Shown piece after piece: positions 46,206-56,588 of a stretch of 64,000 bases of DNA (the first letter of the stretch is position 1; each line of letters starts with the position of its first letter). Source of the stretch: an uncultured Anaeroplasmataceae bacterium (lineage in GTDB: Bacteria > Bacillota_I > Bacilli_A > Acholeplasmatales > Anaeroplasmataceae); assembly GCA_910579215.1 (NCBI GenBank), contig CAJTTN010000006.1, positions 57,376 through 121,375 on the forward strand, read 5' to 3'. The notes below the pieces were generated by a model. That model did not search any database, was not told the origin of the DNA, and saw nothing but the letters and a program-made list of their open reading frames with translations. Position numbers and translations under genes: made by a program.

Positions 46206-49200
46206 ATGAGTGAGAAAAAGAAAAGAATGGCGATAGATGGTAACTATGCTGCCGCATATGCATCTTATGCGTTTACAGAGGTTGCAGGAATCTATCCTAT
46301 TACTCCATCATCACCAATGGCGGAGTATACTGACGAATGGGCTTCTCAGGGTAAGAAAAACTTATTTGGAATGCCTGTTAAAGTTGTTGAAATGCAATCT
46401 GAAGGAGGAGCTGCTGGTACAGTTCATGGTTCACTACAGGCTGGTGCTTTAACTACAACTTATACTGCATCTCAAGGTTTATTATTAAAAATTCCTAACA
46501 TGTATAAGATTGCAGGTGAATGCTTACCTGGTGTAATTCATGTATCTGCACGTACGTTAGCTGCACAATCTCTATCTATATTTGGTGATCATCAGGATGT
46601 TATGGCATGTCGTCAAACAGGTTTTGCAATGCTATGTTCTGGTTCTGTTCAGGAGGTTATGGATTTAGGTGGTGTTGCACATTTATCTGCAATTGAATCT
46701 AGTATTCCATTCCTACATTTCTTTGATGGCTTTAGAACTTCTCATGAAGTAAATACGATTGAGCCAATTGATTATGAAGTGTTTGATAAGCTGCTTGACC
46801 GTGAGGCTGTAGCTAGATTTAGAGAAAATGCTTTGAATCCTGCGCATCCTAAAACACGTGGAACTGCACAAAACGATGACGTTTATTTTCAAACTAGAGA
46901 GCTTCAGAATTTTAAATATGAGGGCTTATATGATGTAGTAGAAAAATATATGAAAGCTATATCTAAGGCTACTGGACGTAAATATCAACCTTATACTTAT
47001 TACGGAGCAAAAGATGCTAAATATGTAATTGTTGCTATGGGTTCTGTAACAGAGTGTGCTGAAGAGGTTGTAGATTTCTTAACAGCAAGAGGAGAAAAGG
47101 TTGGTATCTTAAAGGTTCATCTTTATCGTCCATTTGTTGTAGATAAGTTCTTAAAGGCTATGCCAAAAACTGCAAAGAAAATTGCTGTTTTAGATAGAAC
47201 TATTGAGCAAGGTGCTTTATATGAGCCATTATGCTTAGATGTTAAGGCTGCATATTTTGGCGCAAAAGATGCTCCTGTGATTGTAGGTGGACGTTATGGT
47301 CTATCTAGTAAGGATACTACACCAGATATGGTTAATGCTGTATTCTCTAATTTAAAGAAATCAAAACCAAAGGATCATTTCACTCTTGGTATTTATGATG
47401 ATATTAAGTATACATCTTTAGATGTGACTGAGAAGATTGATGTTGCAGATGCAACTACAACAGAATTATTGTTCTTTGGATTAGGATCTGATGGTACTGT
47501 TGGTGCTTGTAAGAATATTTCAAAGATTGTAGGAGATTATACCTCTTTCTATTCTCAAAGCTATGCTGCATATGATTCAAAGAAGTCAGGTGGTTCTACA
47601 AGATTACATTTACGCTTCTCTAAGAATCCAATTCGTTCTACTTATTTAGTAAATAAGCCTCACTTTGTATCTTGTTCTTTAGATGCTTATCTTGATAAAT
47701 TTGATATGATTTCAGGCTTACGTGATGGTGGTACATTCTTATTAAATACAGTTGTTGATGCGAAAAATATTGAAAAGCGTCTTCCTAACCGTTATAAGAG
47801 ATTATTAGCAGAAAAGCATGCTAAATTCTATATTATTGCTGCAAATGCTGCCGCAAGAGAGTGTGGCTTCCGTCCAGGCTTAGGTGTAAATACAATTATG
47901 CAATCTGCATTCTTCAAATTAAATGAACAAATTATGGATTATGAAGAAGCAAAAGAGCATATGAAGGAATTTGCTACTAAGACCTATTTAAGAAAGGGTC
48001 AAGAATTAGTAGACCAAAACCATAAAGCAATTGACATGGGTGGTACTAAGCTAGTTGAAGTTGAGGTAAAACCTGAATGGGCTGCTTTAGAGGATGAAGA
48101 GAAGAAGGTTGATATGAAGAGACCTGCTTTCGTAAGAGAAATTGCAGATGTTATTAATGCAATTGATGGAGACTCTCTACCATTATCTGTATTTGCTAAG
48201 TATGGGGATGACTGTCATATGCCTCAAGGAACTGCTGCATATGAAAAGCGTGGAGTTGCAACCGATGTACCTCTATGGAATTCCGAAAATTGTATTCAAT
48301 GTAACCAATGTGCATTTGTATGTCCACATGCATGTATTCGTCCTTTCCTTTGTACAGAGGAAGAAGTTGCTAAAGCTCCTAAGGGTGCTCAATTCTTAGA
48401 CGCAACTGGATTTAAGGGATATAAATATACCTTACAGGTATCTACTTTAGATTGTACAGGCTGTGGTGTTTGTTTATCCGTTTGTCCTGGTAAGAAGGTT
48501 AAGGATGAGACAGGTGCTATGGTACAACGTCCTGCGTTAACTTCTCATTCTATGGCTGAATCTAACAAAAATAAAGAAGCAAAGGTTTGTGAGTATTTCT
48601 ATAATAAGGTAAGCTATAAGGGCGATTTAGCAGGAACTAATAATGCTAAGAATGTACAATTCTCTAAGCCTTTATTTGAATTCTCAGGAGCATGTGGCGG
48701 ATGTGGTGAAACTCCTTATGTTAAGGCAGTTTCTCAGTTGTTTGGAGATCGTATGCTAGTTGCTAATGCAACAGGATGTACCTCAATCTATTCTGGTTCT
48801 TATCCATCTAGTCCATATACAACAAATGCGGAAGGACGTGGACCAGCTTGGGCAAACTCTTTATTTGAAGATAATGCTGAATTTGGCTTTGGTATGCGTA
48901 TGGCTGTTGAAACCTTACGTGATAGAATTCAAAATGTTATGGCACTCAATATGGAAGAAATGCCTGTTGCAGCACAGAAGCTATGTACTGAGTGGATGGA
49001 GAATAGAACTTCTGGTGCTAAAACAAAGGAATTAGCTCCTAAAATTGTAGAAGCGATGAAGGGGATTGATGCTCCTTATGCAAAAGAAATTCTATCTTTA
49101 AAGGATTATCTAGTTAAGGTAAGCCAATGGATTATCGGTGGCGATGGTTGGGCTTATGATATTGGCTATGGTGGACTTGACCATGTTATTGCTAACAACG

Positions 49201-49784
49201 AAGATGTAAATATTTTGGTTGTTGATACTGAGGTTTACTCAAATACAGGTGGACAATCCTCTAAGTCTTCAAGAACTGGTGCTATCGCTAAATTTGCAGC
49301 TGCAGGTAAGCCAACCTTCAAGAAGGATCTAGCTTCCATTGCGATGTCCTATGGACATGTTTATGTTGCGACAGTATCTCATGGATATAATCAAAATCAA
49401 GTGATTAAGGCTTTAAAGGAGGCAGAGGCTTACAATGGACCATCTATTGTAATCTGCTACTCTCCTTGTATAGCACATAATATAAAGAAGGGCTTATATA
49501 TGAGTCAAATGGAGGCTAAGAAGGCTACAGAATGTGGATATTGGCCAACCTTCAGATATAATCCTGATTTAGCTAAGGAAGGTAAAAATCCATTCACAAT
49601 GGATTCTAAGGAGCCAGATTGGACAAAGTATAATGATTTCTTAATGAATGAGGGACGTTATGCACAATTGGTAAAGATAAATCCTGAAAAAGCACAGGAA
49701 TTACTTGAAATGAATATGAAGGATGCTCAAAAGCGTTTTGCAAATTATACACATTTAGCAAATATTGAATATCCTAATAAGTAA
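46206..49784 (+). CDS. nifJ: Pyruvate:ferredoxin (flavodoxin) oxidoreductase, homodimeric NifJ-type
   Basis: 1192 aa. Two ferredoxin-like CxxCxxCxxxCP motifs (CIQCNQCAFVCP, CTGCGVCLSVCP) and TPP-binding GDGW...D region. Confidence 0.95.
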   Translation: MSEKKKRMAIDGNYAAAYASYAFTEVAGIYPITPSSPMAEYTDEWASQGKKNLFGMPVKVVEMQSEGGAAGTVHGSLQAGALTTTYTASQGLLLKIPNMYKIAGECLPGVIHVSARTLAAQSLSIFGDHQDVMACRQTGFAMLCSGSVQEVMDLGGVAHLSAIESSIPFLHFFDGFRTSHEVNTIEPIDYEVFDKLLDREAVARFRENALNPAHPKTRGTAQNDDVYFQTRELQNFKYEGLYDVVEKYMKAISKATGRKYQPYTYYGAKDAKYVIVAMGSVTECAEEVVDFLTARGEKVGILKVHLYRPFVVDKFLKAMPKTAKKIAVLDRTIEQGALYEPLCLDVKAAYFGAKDAPVIVGGRYGLSSKDTTPDMVNAVFSNLKKSKPKDHFTLGIYDDIKYTSLDVTEKIDVADATTTELLFFGLGSDGTVGACKNISKIVGDYTSFYSQSYAAYDSKKSGGSTRLHLRFSKNPIRSTYLVNKPHFVSCSLDAYLDKFDMISGLRDGGTFLLNTVVDAKNIEKRLPNRYKRLLAEKHAKFYIIAANAAARECGFRPGLGVNTIMQSAFFKLNEQIMDYEEAKEHMKEFATKTYLRKGQELVDQNHKAIDMGGTKLVEVEVKPEWAALEDEEKKVDMKRPAFVREIADVINAIDGDSLPLSVFAKYGDDCHMPQGTAAYEKRGVATDVPLWNSENCIQCNQCAFVCPHACIRPFLCTEEEVAKAPKGAQFLDATGFKGYKYTLQVSTLDCTGCGVCLSVCPGKKVKDETGAMVQRPALTSHSMAESNKNKEAKVCEYFYNKVSYKGDLAGTNNAKNVQFSKPLFEFSGACGGCGETPYVKAVSQLFGDRMLVANATGCTSIYSGSYPSSPYTTNAEGRGPAWANSLFEDNAEFGFGMRMAVETLRDRIQNVMALNMEEMPVAAQKLCTEWMENRTSGAKTKELAPKIVEAMKGIDAPYAKEILSLKDYLVKVSQWIIGGDGWAYDIGYGGLDHVIANNEDVNILVVDTEVYSNTGGQSSKSSRTGAIAKFAAAGKPTFKKDLASIAMSYGHVYVATVSHGYNQNQVIKALKEAEAYNGPSIVICYSPCIAHNIKKGLYMSQMEAKKATECGYWPTFRYNPDLAKEGKNPFTMDSKEPDWTKYNDFLMNEGRYAQLVKINPEKAQELLEMNMKDAQKRFANYTHLANIEYPNK

Positions 49785-49802
49785 TTAAATAAGAGAATAA
49801 AA

Positions 49803-49836
49803 ATGCTATTGGAGAGATCTAATAGCATTTTTTTCT
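49803..49836 (+). terminator. Rho-independent terminator after PFOR
   Basis: atgctattgg...ctaatagcat hairpin plus T7. Confidence 0.65.
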
Positions 49837-49973
49837 TAAATGTATGAATGTCTTTCTTTTGTAAAATATAAAAATGAAGAAGCAGATCATAGAATGCTAA
49901 AAATAAAAACATTCTTTGACAAATTTATTCTTTTTTATAACAAATTATGATAAAATAAAAATTGGTGATTCGT

Positions 49974-50564
49974 ATGAAAATACTTTTAACTGGATTTAAG
50001 CCATTTGGTAAAAATAGTAGTAATCCAACATTAAAATTAATAGAAGAATTGAAAAAAAGAAGAAAAGAAAATATAGATACACTTAATCTTGAGGTTGTAT
50101 ATGGATTAGACGGAGAAAAGGCTGTGGAAAGAATAAGAGATACTCAGCCTAATCTTGTTCTTTCCTTTGGCTTGGCTGGTGGACGCGAAGCAGTTTGCTT
50201 AGAAACTCGGGCTGTAAATTCACGAGATTCTCATATGAGAGACAATCAAGGACAAATCTTTACAAATGAAAAGATTAGTGATGGCCCCTTATTTTATGAG
50301 ACAAATTTAAATGTTGAACATTTGCAAAAAAGTATAAATCTGAGAAACTTTATGATTTCTACTTCTGCAGGAACATACGTTTGTAATGATGTTTATTATC
50401 AAGAGCTTGATTACATCTATCAAAATCATTTAAATATTCTTTGTGGGTTTATTCACATTCCATATATTGAATCCAATAATGGAATGCCGTTTCTTGAGTT
50501 TGAGATAGTTTATCAATTGGTTTCTACTATAATAGATTTAATTTTGGAGGAATATGATGTTTAA
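49974..50564 (+). CDS. pcp: Pyroglutamyl-peptidase I (pyrrolidone-carboxylate peptidase, C15)
   Basis: MKILLTGFKPFG N-terminus. Catalytic Cys in GTYVCND. ATG at 49974. Confidence 0.85.
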   Translation: MKILLTGFKPFGKNSSNPTLKLIEELKKRRKENIDTLNLEVVYGLDGEKAVERIRDTQPNLVLSFGLAGGREAVCLETRAVNSRDSHMRDNQGQIFTNEKISDGPLFYETNLNVEHLQKSINLRNFMISTSAGTYVCNDVYYQELDYIYQNHLNILCGFIHIPYIESNNGMPFLEFEIVYQLVSTIIDLILEEYDV

Positions 50565-51390
50565 AATAGGATGTCACTTATCTATAGCGAATGGATTTTT
50601 AAAAGCTGGGAAAAATATAATGGAGTTGGGTGGAAATACATTTCAGTATTTTTCTAGAAACCCTCAAGGAGGCAGAGCTAGACCATGGGATCAAAAGGAT
50701 TTTGAGGGCTTTATGCAATATGCTTCTTTTGTGGGGATAGAGGGGTTACTTTGTCATGCACCATATACCTTAAATGCCTGTTCTGCAAATCCACAAACGC
50801 GTGAATTTGCTAGAATGGTTTTTAAATCGGATTTGGAAATGTTAGAACATTTTCCTAATGCTTTATATAATTTTCATCCTGGCAGTCATACAGGACAAGG
50901 TGTTGAGATTGGGATTAAGCAAATTGTAGAAATTTTAAATGAGGTTATTACTCCCGATATGTCTACTACCATTCTTTTAGAGACTATGTCAGGAAAGGGA
51001 AGTGAAGTGGGTAGAAGCTTTGAAGAGCTTGCAGAAATTATTTCTTGTGTAGAGCATAAGGAAAAGCTAGGTGTTTGTTTAGATACCTGTCATGTTTATT
51101 CGGCAGGCTATGATATTGTAAATCATTTGGATGATGTTTTAGAGGAGTTTGATTCTATCGTTGGGCTTGAAAAATTAAAGGCAATTCATTTGAATGATTC
51201 TATGATGCCCTTTGCATCGAATAAAGACAGACATGCAAAGATAGGTGAGGGCACAATTGGATTAGATGCAATCGTTAGAATCATAAATCATCCCAAATTA
51301 AAGGATTTACCTTTTTATCTAGAGACTCCGAATGAGGATGAGGGCTATAAAAAGGAAATTACATTATTGAAAAATTGTCGAACCTATTAA
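50554..51390 (+). CDS. nfo: Endonuclease IV (deoxyribonuclease IV)
   Basis: Xylose-isomerase-like TIM barrel with HAPY, LET(M)SGKG, CLDTCH and HLNDS metal-ligand motifs. Confidence 0.9.
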   Translation: MMFKIGCHLSIANGFLKAGKNIMELGGNTFQYFSRNPQGGRARPWDQKDFEGFMQYASFVGIEGLLCHAPYTLNACSANPQTREFARMVFKSDLEMLEHFPNALYNFHPGSHTGQGVEIGIKQIVEILNEVITPDMSTTILLETMSGKGSEVGRSFEELAEIISCVEHKEKLGVCLDTCHVYSAGYDIVNHLDDVLEEFDSIVGLEKLKAIHLNDSMMPFASNKDRHAKIGEGTIGLDAIVRIINHPKLKDLPFYLETPNEDEGYKKEITLLKNCRTY

Positions 51391-51469
51391 TTTTTGTGCA
51401 AATTTTTCCTTTTATTCTTTGGCATTTTTAACTATAATAATACTATATGAGAAAAGGAGGAGTTAGCCT

Positions 51470-53218
51470 ATGTTTAAATTTATTAAGAGCCTATGGTGGT
51501 TTATCTCTAAAAACTGGTATCATTATATTGCGATTTTAATTGTAGGGTTACTCCTACCAATTTTAAATCTTGCTCCAGCAGCAATAGTAAAACTATTAAT
51601 TGATGCAGTAGGTAAAGAGGATAATATCACAATGGCTTTTTTATTATGGTATATTATTCTTCCATATGCAGTAACGATGCTATTGATTTATGTAGTTGCA
51701 ACGACAAAGAGACTATTACAAAATCGCCTAAAGATTAAATTATATTATGCTTTACAGGTTCGCTATATGGAAAACATTTTAGTTCAGGATGCAACCTTTT
51801 TTGAACGATTCCAATCTGGAGACCTATTAACGAGAGCCTTAGGAGATGTTAAAAGTGTCAATTTTAGTGGAGGAAACCGTTTATTAAATATCATTTTGGA
51901 ATTTTTGACTGTTATAGTAACTCTAGTTGCCATGATTTGGATTGATCCTGTTTTGGCTGTATTATGCTTTATTCCTTTAAGTTTTATTTTTATAGCCAAT
52001 CTGATATTAAAGAGAAAAGTAAAAAGAAATTGGCAATTGGTAAGAGAAAAATCCTCTTTAATGGGAAATGTTATTTTAGAAAGTATAACAAATGTTCGGA
52101 CAATCCGTGCTTTTTCTAAAGAAGAAGAAAATTATCAAAAGAATTTAAAGTTTTCTAAAGATACCTATGATGTGGAAAAGGCAAATTTAAAGATAAATGT
52201 AATATTTCAGCCTATGTTTCAGTCAATTGTTGCTGTTGCGACGATCATTGCCTATGGTTTAGGTGCTTATTTTTGTTATTTAGAAAAGATAGAAATACCT
52301 GAGCTTGCTCAATTTATATTATATTTAAATCTTTTCCAAGCTCCGCTAACGAATATTGGCAATATGATCAATAATTTTTATCAATCCTTGATTTCTGCTG
52401 ATCGTATTAACGAAATCTATGATTCAAAGAGTAGCGTTATAGATAAAAGTGATGAGGAAGTGGAAGAAATTAAAACCATTGAATTTAAAGATTTTTCTTT
52501 CCGATATATGGGAGATAATGATGATGTGCTAAAGCATATTAATCTTACAATTAAGGAAGGTCAAACTTTAGGTATTGTGGGAAAAACAGGAAGTGGCAAA
52601 TCCACCTTAGTACGTCAGCTTGTTAGACAGCTTCCGATTGAAGAAGGTAAATTATTTATAAATGGAGAAGAGATTGAGTCCTATGATCAGCAAGATGTTC
52701 GTAAGCATATTGGATATGTTCCGCAGGAGCATATGCTATTTTCTCGTTCTGTATTAAAAAATGTGTTGATTGGAGATTCAACTGCCTCCTTAGAGGAAGT
52801 CAATGAGGCTGTTCTTATGGCAGATTTTGAAAAAGATATTGCTGAGCTTTCAAATGGATTTGAAACAGTTGTGGGAGAATATGGAGTTACCCTATCTGGA
52901 GGGCAGAAACAAAGACTTGCCATTGCGAGAGCTTTTCTTAAAAATGCAGATGTATTAATTCTAGATGATTCCTTGTCTGCAGTAGATGGTAAAACAGAAT
53001 CTAATATTATACATTCCTTACGTAAGTTTAGATCAAAGCGTACGAATATCATAGTAGCGCATCGTCTATCTGCGGTAATGAATGCGAATCTAATTATTGT
53101 ATTAGATCAAGGAAAGATAGTTGAACAGGGTACACATGAGGAGCTTATGCAAAACAAGGGTTGGTACTATGAGCAATTCTTAGCACAACAGATGGAAGAG
53201 GGTGAAGACCATGAGTAA
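51470..53218 (+). CDS. ABC exporter permease/ATPase half-transporter (subunit with degenerate Walker-B E to D)
   Basis: 6-TM domain plus NBD. Walker A GKTGSGKST, signature LSGGQKQR, Walker B ILDDS (Asp replaces the catalytic Glu). Confidence 0.85.
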   Translation: MFKFIKSLWWFISKNWYHYIAILIVGLLLPILNLAPAAIVKLLIDAVGKEDNITMAFLLWYIILPYAVTMLLIYVVATTKRLLQNRLKIKLYYALQVRYMENILVQDATFFERFQSGDLLTRALGDVKSVNFSGGNRLLNIILEFLTVIVTLVAMIWIDPVLAVLCFIPLSFIFIANLILKRKVKRNWQLVREKSSLMGNVILESITNVRTIRAFSKEEENYQKNLKFSKDTYDVEKANLKINVIFQPMFQSIVAVATIIAYGLGAYFCYLEKIEIPELAQFILYLNLFQAPLTNIGNMINNFYQSLISADRINEIYDSKSSVIDKSDEEVEEIKTIEFKDFSFRYMGDNDDVLKHINLTIKEGQTLGIVGKTGSGKSTLVRQLVRQLPIEEGKLFINGEEIESYDQQDVRKHIGYVPQEHMLFSRSVLKNVLIGDSTASLEEVNEAVLMADFEKDIAELSNGFETVVGEYGVTLSGGQKQRLAIARAFLKNADVLILDDSLSAVDGKTESNIIHSLRKFRSKRTNIIVAHRLSAVMNANLIIVLDQGKIVEQGTHEELMQNKGWYYEQFLAQQMEEGEDHE

Positions 53219-54977
53219 ATCTAATAAAAGTTACTCTAAAACTACATTATTTAAAAAGACATTGCCTTATATCAAAAGAGAAAAATGGGTAGTCTTGTTA
53301 AGCTTACTCCTATCCATAGGAGTTGCTGTATTGACGACAATATCACCCTTGCTTACAAAACGAATTATTGATGAATTCATTCCAAATAATAATTTTGATG
53401 GTATATTAAAATATTTAATTCTTTATTTTGTGCTGATTATCATTGTTGTCATCATGCGTTATTTTGGACAATATTTTCAGACGCTTACAGGAATGCATAT
53501 TGAGCGACGTTTAAGAGAAGAGGCAATTCGTAAAATAGATTATCTACCAGTAGATTACTTTGCTTTAGAGCCAGACGGAAAAATTGTTGCTAAGATTACC
53601 TCTGATAGTAATGGAGTAAGAACCTTTTATATGACGATGTTTTCTATAGTAAACTCTTTATTAAATATAGCTATCGTCTATGTGGGCTTGATTATATTAG
53701 AACCAATTCTAGGCTTAATTATACTTGCAGTTGTTCCAATCATACTCATTTGGATTACAGTATATCGGAAAAAGGTTCATGGATATTATTTAGATTTGCG
53801 AGAAACAGGATCAAGAATTACAGGTAAATTGAATGAATTGATAAGTGGTGCCTTAATTATTCAGGATTTTAATCAAGAAGAAAATATGCTAAATGAATAT
53901 AAGGAGCTTGTGAATCGTTATAATTATAATGATAAGAAAGCTAATACAATAAATATATATTTTGGTTGGGAGCTATTGGTTGTTGTTAGAAGGCTTGCAG
54001 AGACAGGAATCTTATTTTTCTTAGGATTTCAAGCTACGCAAATAGGTGGTATTGTTGTTACTGCTGGTTTAATTACGACTTTTATAGATTATATAAGCAG
54101 AATGATTAATCCAATCAATGCAATTTTTAACAATTTAAATGAATTAGAGGATTCCTTAGTTGCTGCAAATCGCGTTTATATGTTTATGGATGAGGCTAAT
54201 GATACAAGAATTTTAGATGGTAAAGAGGCTCCAGAGACTATAGAGGGAGCTGTAGAATTTAAAAATATTAAGTTTGCATATATAGAGAATAATTATGTTT
54301 TAAAGGATTTATCCTTGAAGGTAGAAGCAGGGAAAAAGATAGGAATTGTTGGACATACAGGGAGTGGAAAATCCTCCTTAATGAATTTATTATTAGGCTA
54401 TAATGATTATCAAGAAGGAAGTCTTTTAGTAGATGGAGTTGATATTAAGGAATATAATAAAGCCTCATATCGGAAGAATCTAGGTATTGTTTTACAAACG
54501 CCAGCATTATTTGCAGGTACTATTCGTTCAAATGTAACTATGGAAAGAGATTGCTATACGGATGAGGAAATAGCTAAGGTTCTTGAAGAGGTTGGAGCTG
54601 GATATATGCTGCAAAAAAATGAATTAGGCTTAGACACGCCAATTTCATTTAAAGGAGATAACCTATCCTTAGGAGAAAAACAACTATTGTCTTTTGCAAG
54701 AATTCTCCTTAGAAAACCTAAAATTTTAGTATTGGATGAAGCGACAGCTAATATTGATAGTGAAACAGAAATAAGGATTAAACATGCTATGGATGTTGTT
54801 GCCAAAGGAAGAACAACATTTATAATCGCACATAGATTATCAACAATTAAGGATGCTGATGAAATAGTTGTTCTAGATCATGGCATTATCGCAGGACAGG
54901 GTAGTCATAGTTCATTATATCAAGAATGTCCTATTTATAAGGATATGTATGATTCACAATTTGAACAAAAATCATAA
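53202..54977 (+). CDS. ABC exporter permease/ATPase half-transporter (partner; degenerate signature)
   Basis: Walker A GHTGSGKSS, Walker B LVLDEAT, signature degenerated to LSLGEKQ. Overlaps the upstream partner by 17 nt. Confidence 0.85.
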   Translation: MKTMSKSNKSYSKTTLFKKTLPYIKREKWVVLLSLLLSIGVAVLTTISPLLTKRIIDEFIPNNNFDGILKYLILYFVLIIIVVIMRYFGQYFQTLTGMHIERRLREEAIRKIDYLPVDYFALEPDGKIVAKITSDSNGVRTFYMTMFSIVNSLLNIAIVYVGLIILEPILGLIILAVVPIILIWITVYRKKVHGYYLDLRETGSRITGKLNELISGALIIQDFNQEENMLNEYKELVNRYNYNDKKANTINIYFGWELLVVVRRLAETGILFFLGFQATQIGGIVVTAGLITTFIDYISRMINPINAIFNNLNELEDSLVAANRVYMFMDEANDTRILDGKEAPETIEGAVEFKNIKFAYIENNYVLKDLSLKVEAGKKIGIVGHTGSGKSSLMNLLLGYNDYQEGSLLVDGVDIKEYNKASYRKNLGIVLQTPALFAGTIRSNVTMERDCYTDEEIAKVLEEVGAGYMLQKNELGLDTPISFKGDNLSLGEKQLLSFARILLRKPKILVLDEATANIDSETEIRIKHAMDVVAKGRTTFIIAHRLSTIKDADEIVVLDHGIIAGQGSHSSLYQECPIYKDMYDSQFEQKS

Positions 54978-55152
54978 TATGATTGATTAGTAAAAAGCTT
55001 ATTAACTATTTGTTAGTAAGCTTTTTAAAATTCTATTTTAAAAAAATAATGTCGATATTTGTAATTTTTTCGGATAAATAAAATGTTGAATATTACTATA
55101 ATTTCATATAAAATCATAGTAAAGGAATATTTATTTTAAGGAGGGCAGTACA

Positions 55153-56391
55153 ATGAAAAGAATTTGTTTGATATTTGTGTGTTTGTTATTTTTAGTATCT
55201 TGTCAAAGTTCTCAAAATAAGGATAATAGAACAAATAGTAATTATGGATCAGAAAGTAATGAAAAGGAAATTTTAACAAAACTTAATCAATTTTCGTTTC
55301 AAGCATCAGAAAAATATTTTAACGAAGTTAAAGAGGATAATGATGCATTTTCTCCATTATCATTTTATTTTAATTTGGCAATGATAAACTCAATGGCAAA
55401 AAATATAGTTTCAAAAGAAATTGCAGATGTTCTCTCCATGAGTCAAAATGATATTGAAATAATTGCTGAGAAATTTAAGAATAATAAACTGTTTTATGGA
55501 GATGAAATAAAAGAGTCAAATGAAGGAAAATTAGAAGCAATTGAAGAGGGATTTTTTGGGTTAGATAATAGTTTTTGGATAAATGAAAATCAGTCTATTA
55601 ATAACAAGATATTACCAAAATTAATCAATACATTTAATGCTAATGTTTATAAAATAGATTTTTCTAATCAAAAATTTTTAGAAGATTATACTCGAAATTT
55701 TATGAAAAACGATAAAATTATTCTTCCAAAATTTGATGTGTCCTCTATTTTTACAATTATGAATTTGCTAAGTTTAAAGGATGTATGGTCTTTCGGTGAC
55801 TTAAAGGAAAGTACAGAAGATTATCAATTCAATACGATTTCTTCAAAAATGCTATTAGGAAATTATGAAGATGGTAAAATATATGAAGAAGATGATTTTA
55901 AATCTTTCTATATTAATACTAAAAATGGATATATATTAACATTTATTCTTCCAAAAAATAATACGTCTTTGCAAGATGTAATGTCTAAAAAGACTATAGA
56001 AAAAGTAATTAACATCAACTATACTATGTCTAATGAAAAAACAAGTTATAAAACAAGATGTATTTTCCCTAAGTTTACTATTTCTAATTCTAAGTCTTTA
56101 AAAAAATTATGTCAAAACCTTGGAATAAAAGAAATGTTTCTTCCTTCTACAGATTTTTTAATTTTTAATGAAAATAGTAGCTTTGTCCATGATGTAATAC
56201 AAAATATTTATATTGAGGTTAATAAAAATGGTATTGACGCAGGTGCTATAACTTATACTTCATTTTTTGGGAATAATTCACAACAAACAGAGTATTTTGA
56301 TTTTGTTGTAGATCGTTCCTTTGGTTTTGTTATAACGGATGTTAAGGCTAATAATTTACTTTTTTCTGGCATAGTCCAAAATATAATTTGA
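55153..56391 (+). CDS. Serpin (serine protease inhibitor) lipoprotein
   Basis: Lipobox LFLVSC. FSPLSF and AMINSMA N-terminal serpin motifs. Hinge/RCL region EVNKNGIDAGAITYTSF. C-terminal serpin signature FVVDRSFGFVI...LLFSGIV. Confidence 0.8.
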   Translation: MKRICLIFVCLLFLVSCQSSQNKDNRTNSNYGSESNEKEILTKLNQFSFQASEKYFNEVKEDNDAFSPLSFYFNLAMINSMAKNIVSKEIADVLSMSQNDIEIIAEKFKNNKLFYGDEIKESNEGKLEAIEEGFFGLDNSFWINENQSINNKILPKLINTFNANVYKIDFSNQKFLEDYTRNFMKNDKIILPKFDVSSIFTIMNLLSLKDVWSFGDLKESTEDYQFNTISSKMLLGNYEDGKIYEEDDFKSFYINTKNGYILTFILPKNNTSLQDVMSKKTIEKVININYTMSNEKTSYKTRCIFPKFTISNSKSLKKLCQNLGIKEMFLPSTDFLIFNENSSFVHDVIQNIYIEVNKNGIDAGAITYTSFFGNNSQQTEYFDFVVDRSFGFVITDVKANNLLFSGIVQNII

Positions 56392-56485
56392 TAGATTAAA
56401 TTTCTAAAAAATCTGTTCTTTTGTTTGTTCAACAATGAAAGCTTGGACTAGTGAAAAAGCAAGGTTAAAGAACTGTATGATAATT

Positions 56486-56520
56486 GGGCATTTCTTTTGA
56501 AGTGCCCTTTTCCTTTTTTT
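56486..56520 (+). terminator. Rho-independent terminator downstream of serpin gene
   Basis: gggcat...gtgccc hairpin plus ttttccttttttt. Confidence 0.5.
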
Positions 56521-56588
56521 GCTTTTCTTGAATATACCTTTATTTTGTGATAAAATGTTAATAATATAGATATAGTGAGGTTTTATGT

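Noticed and set aside
56392-56588. Possible T-box or attenuator leader upstream of the aro operon
   Set aside because: No AATTAGGGTGG...ACCGCG T-box core or specifier-loop structure was found. The only strong hairpin (56486-56520) is followed by a T-run and is best explained as the serpin gene terminator. The aro promoter (TTGAAT-17-TAAAAT at 56529-56557) lies downstream of it.
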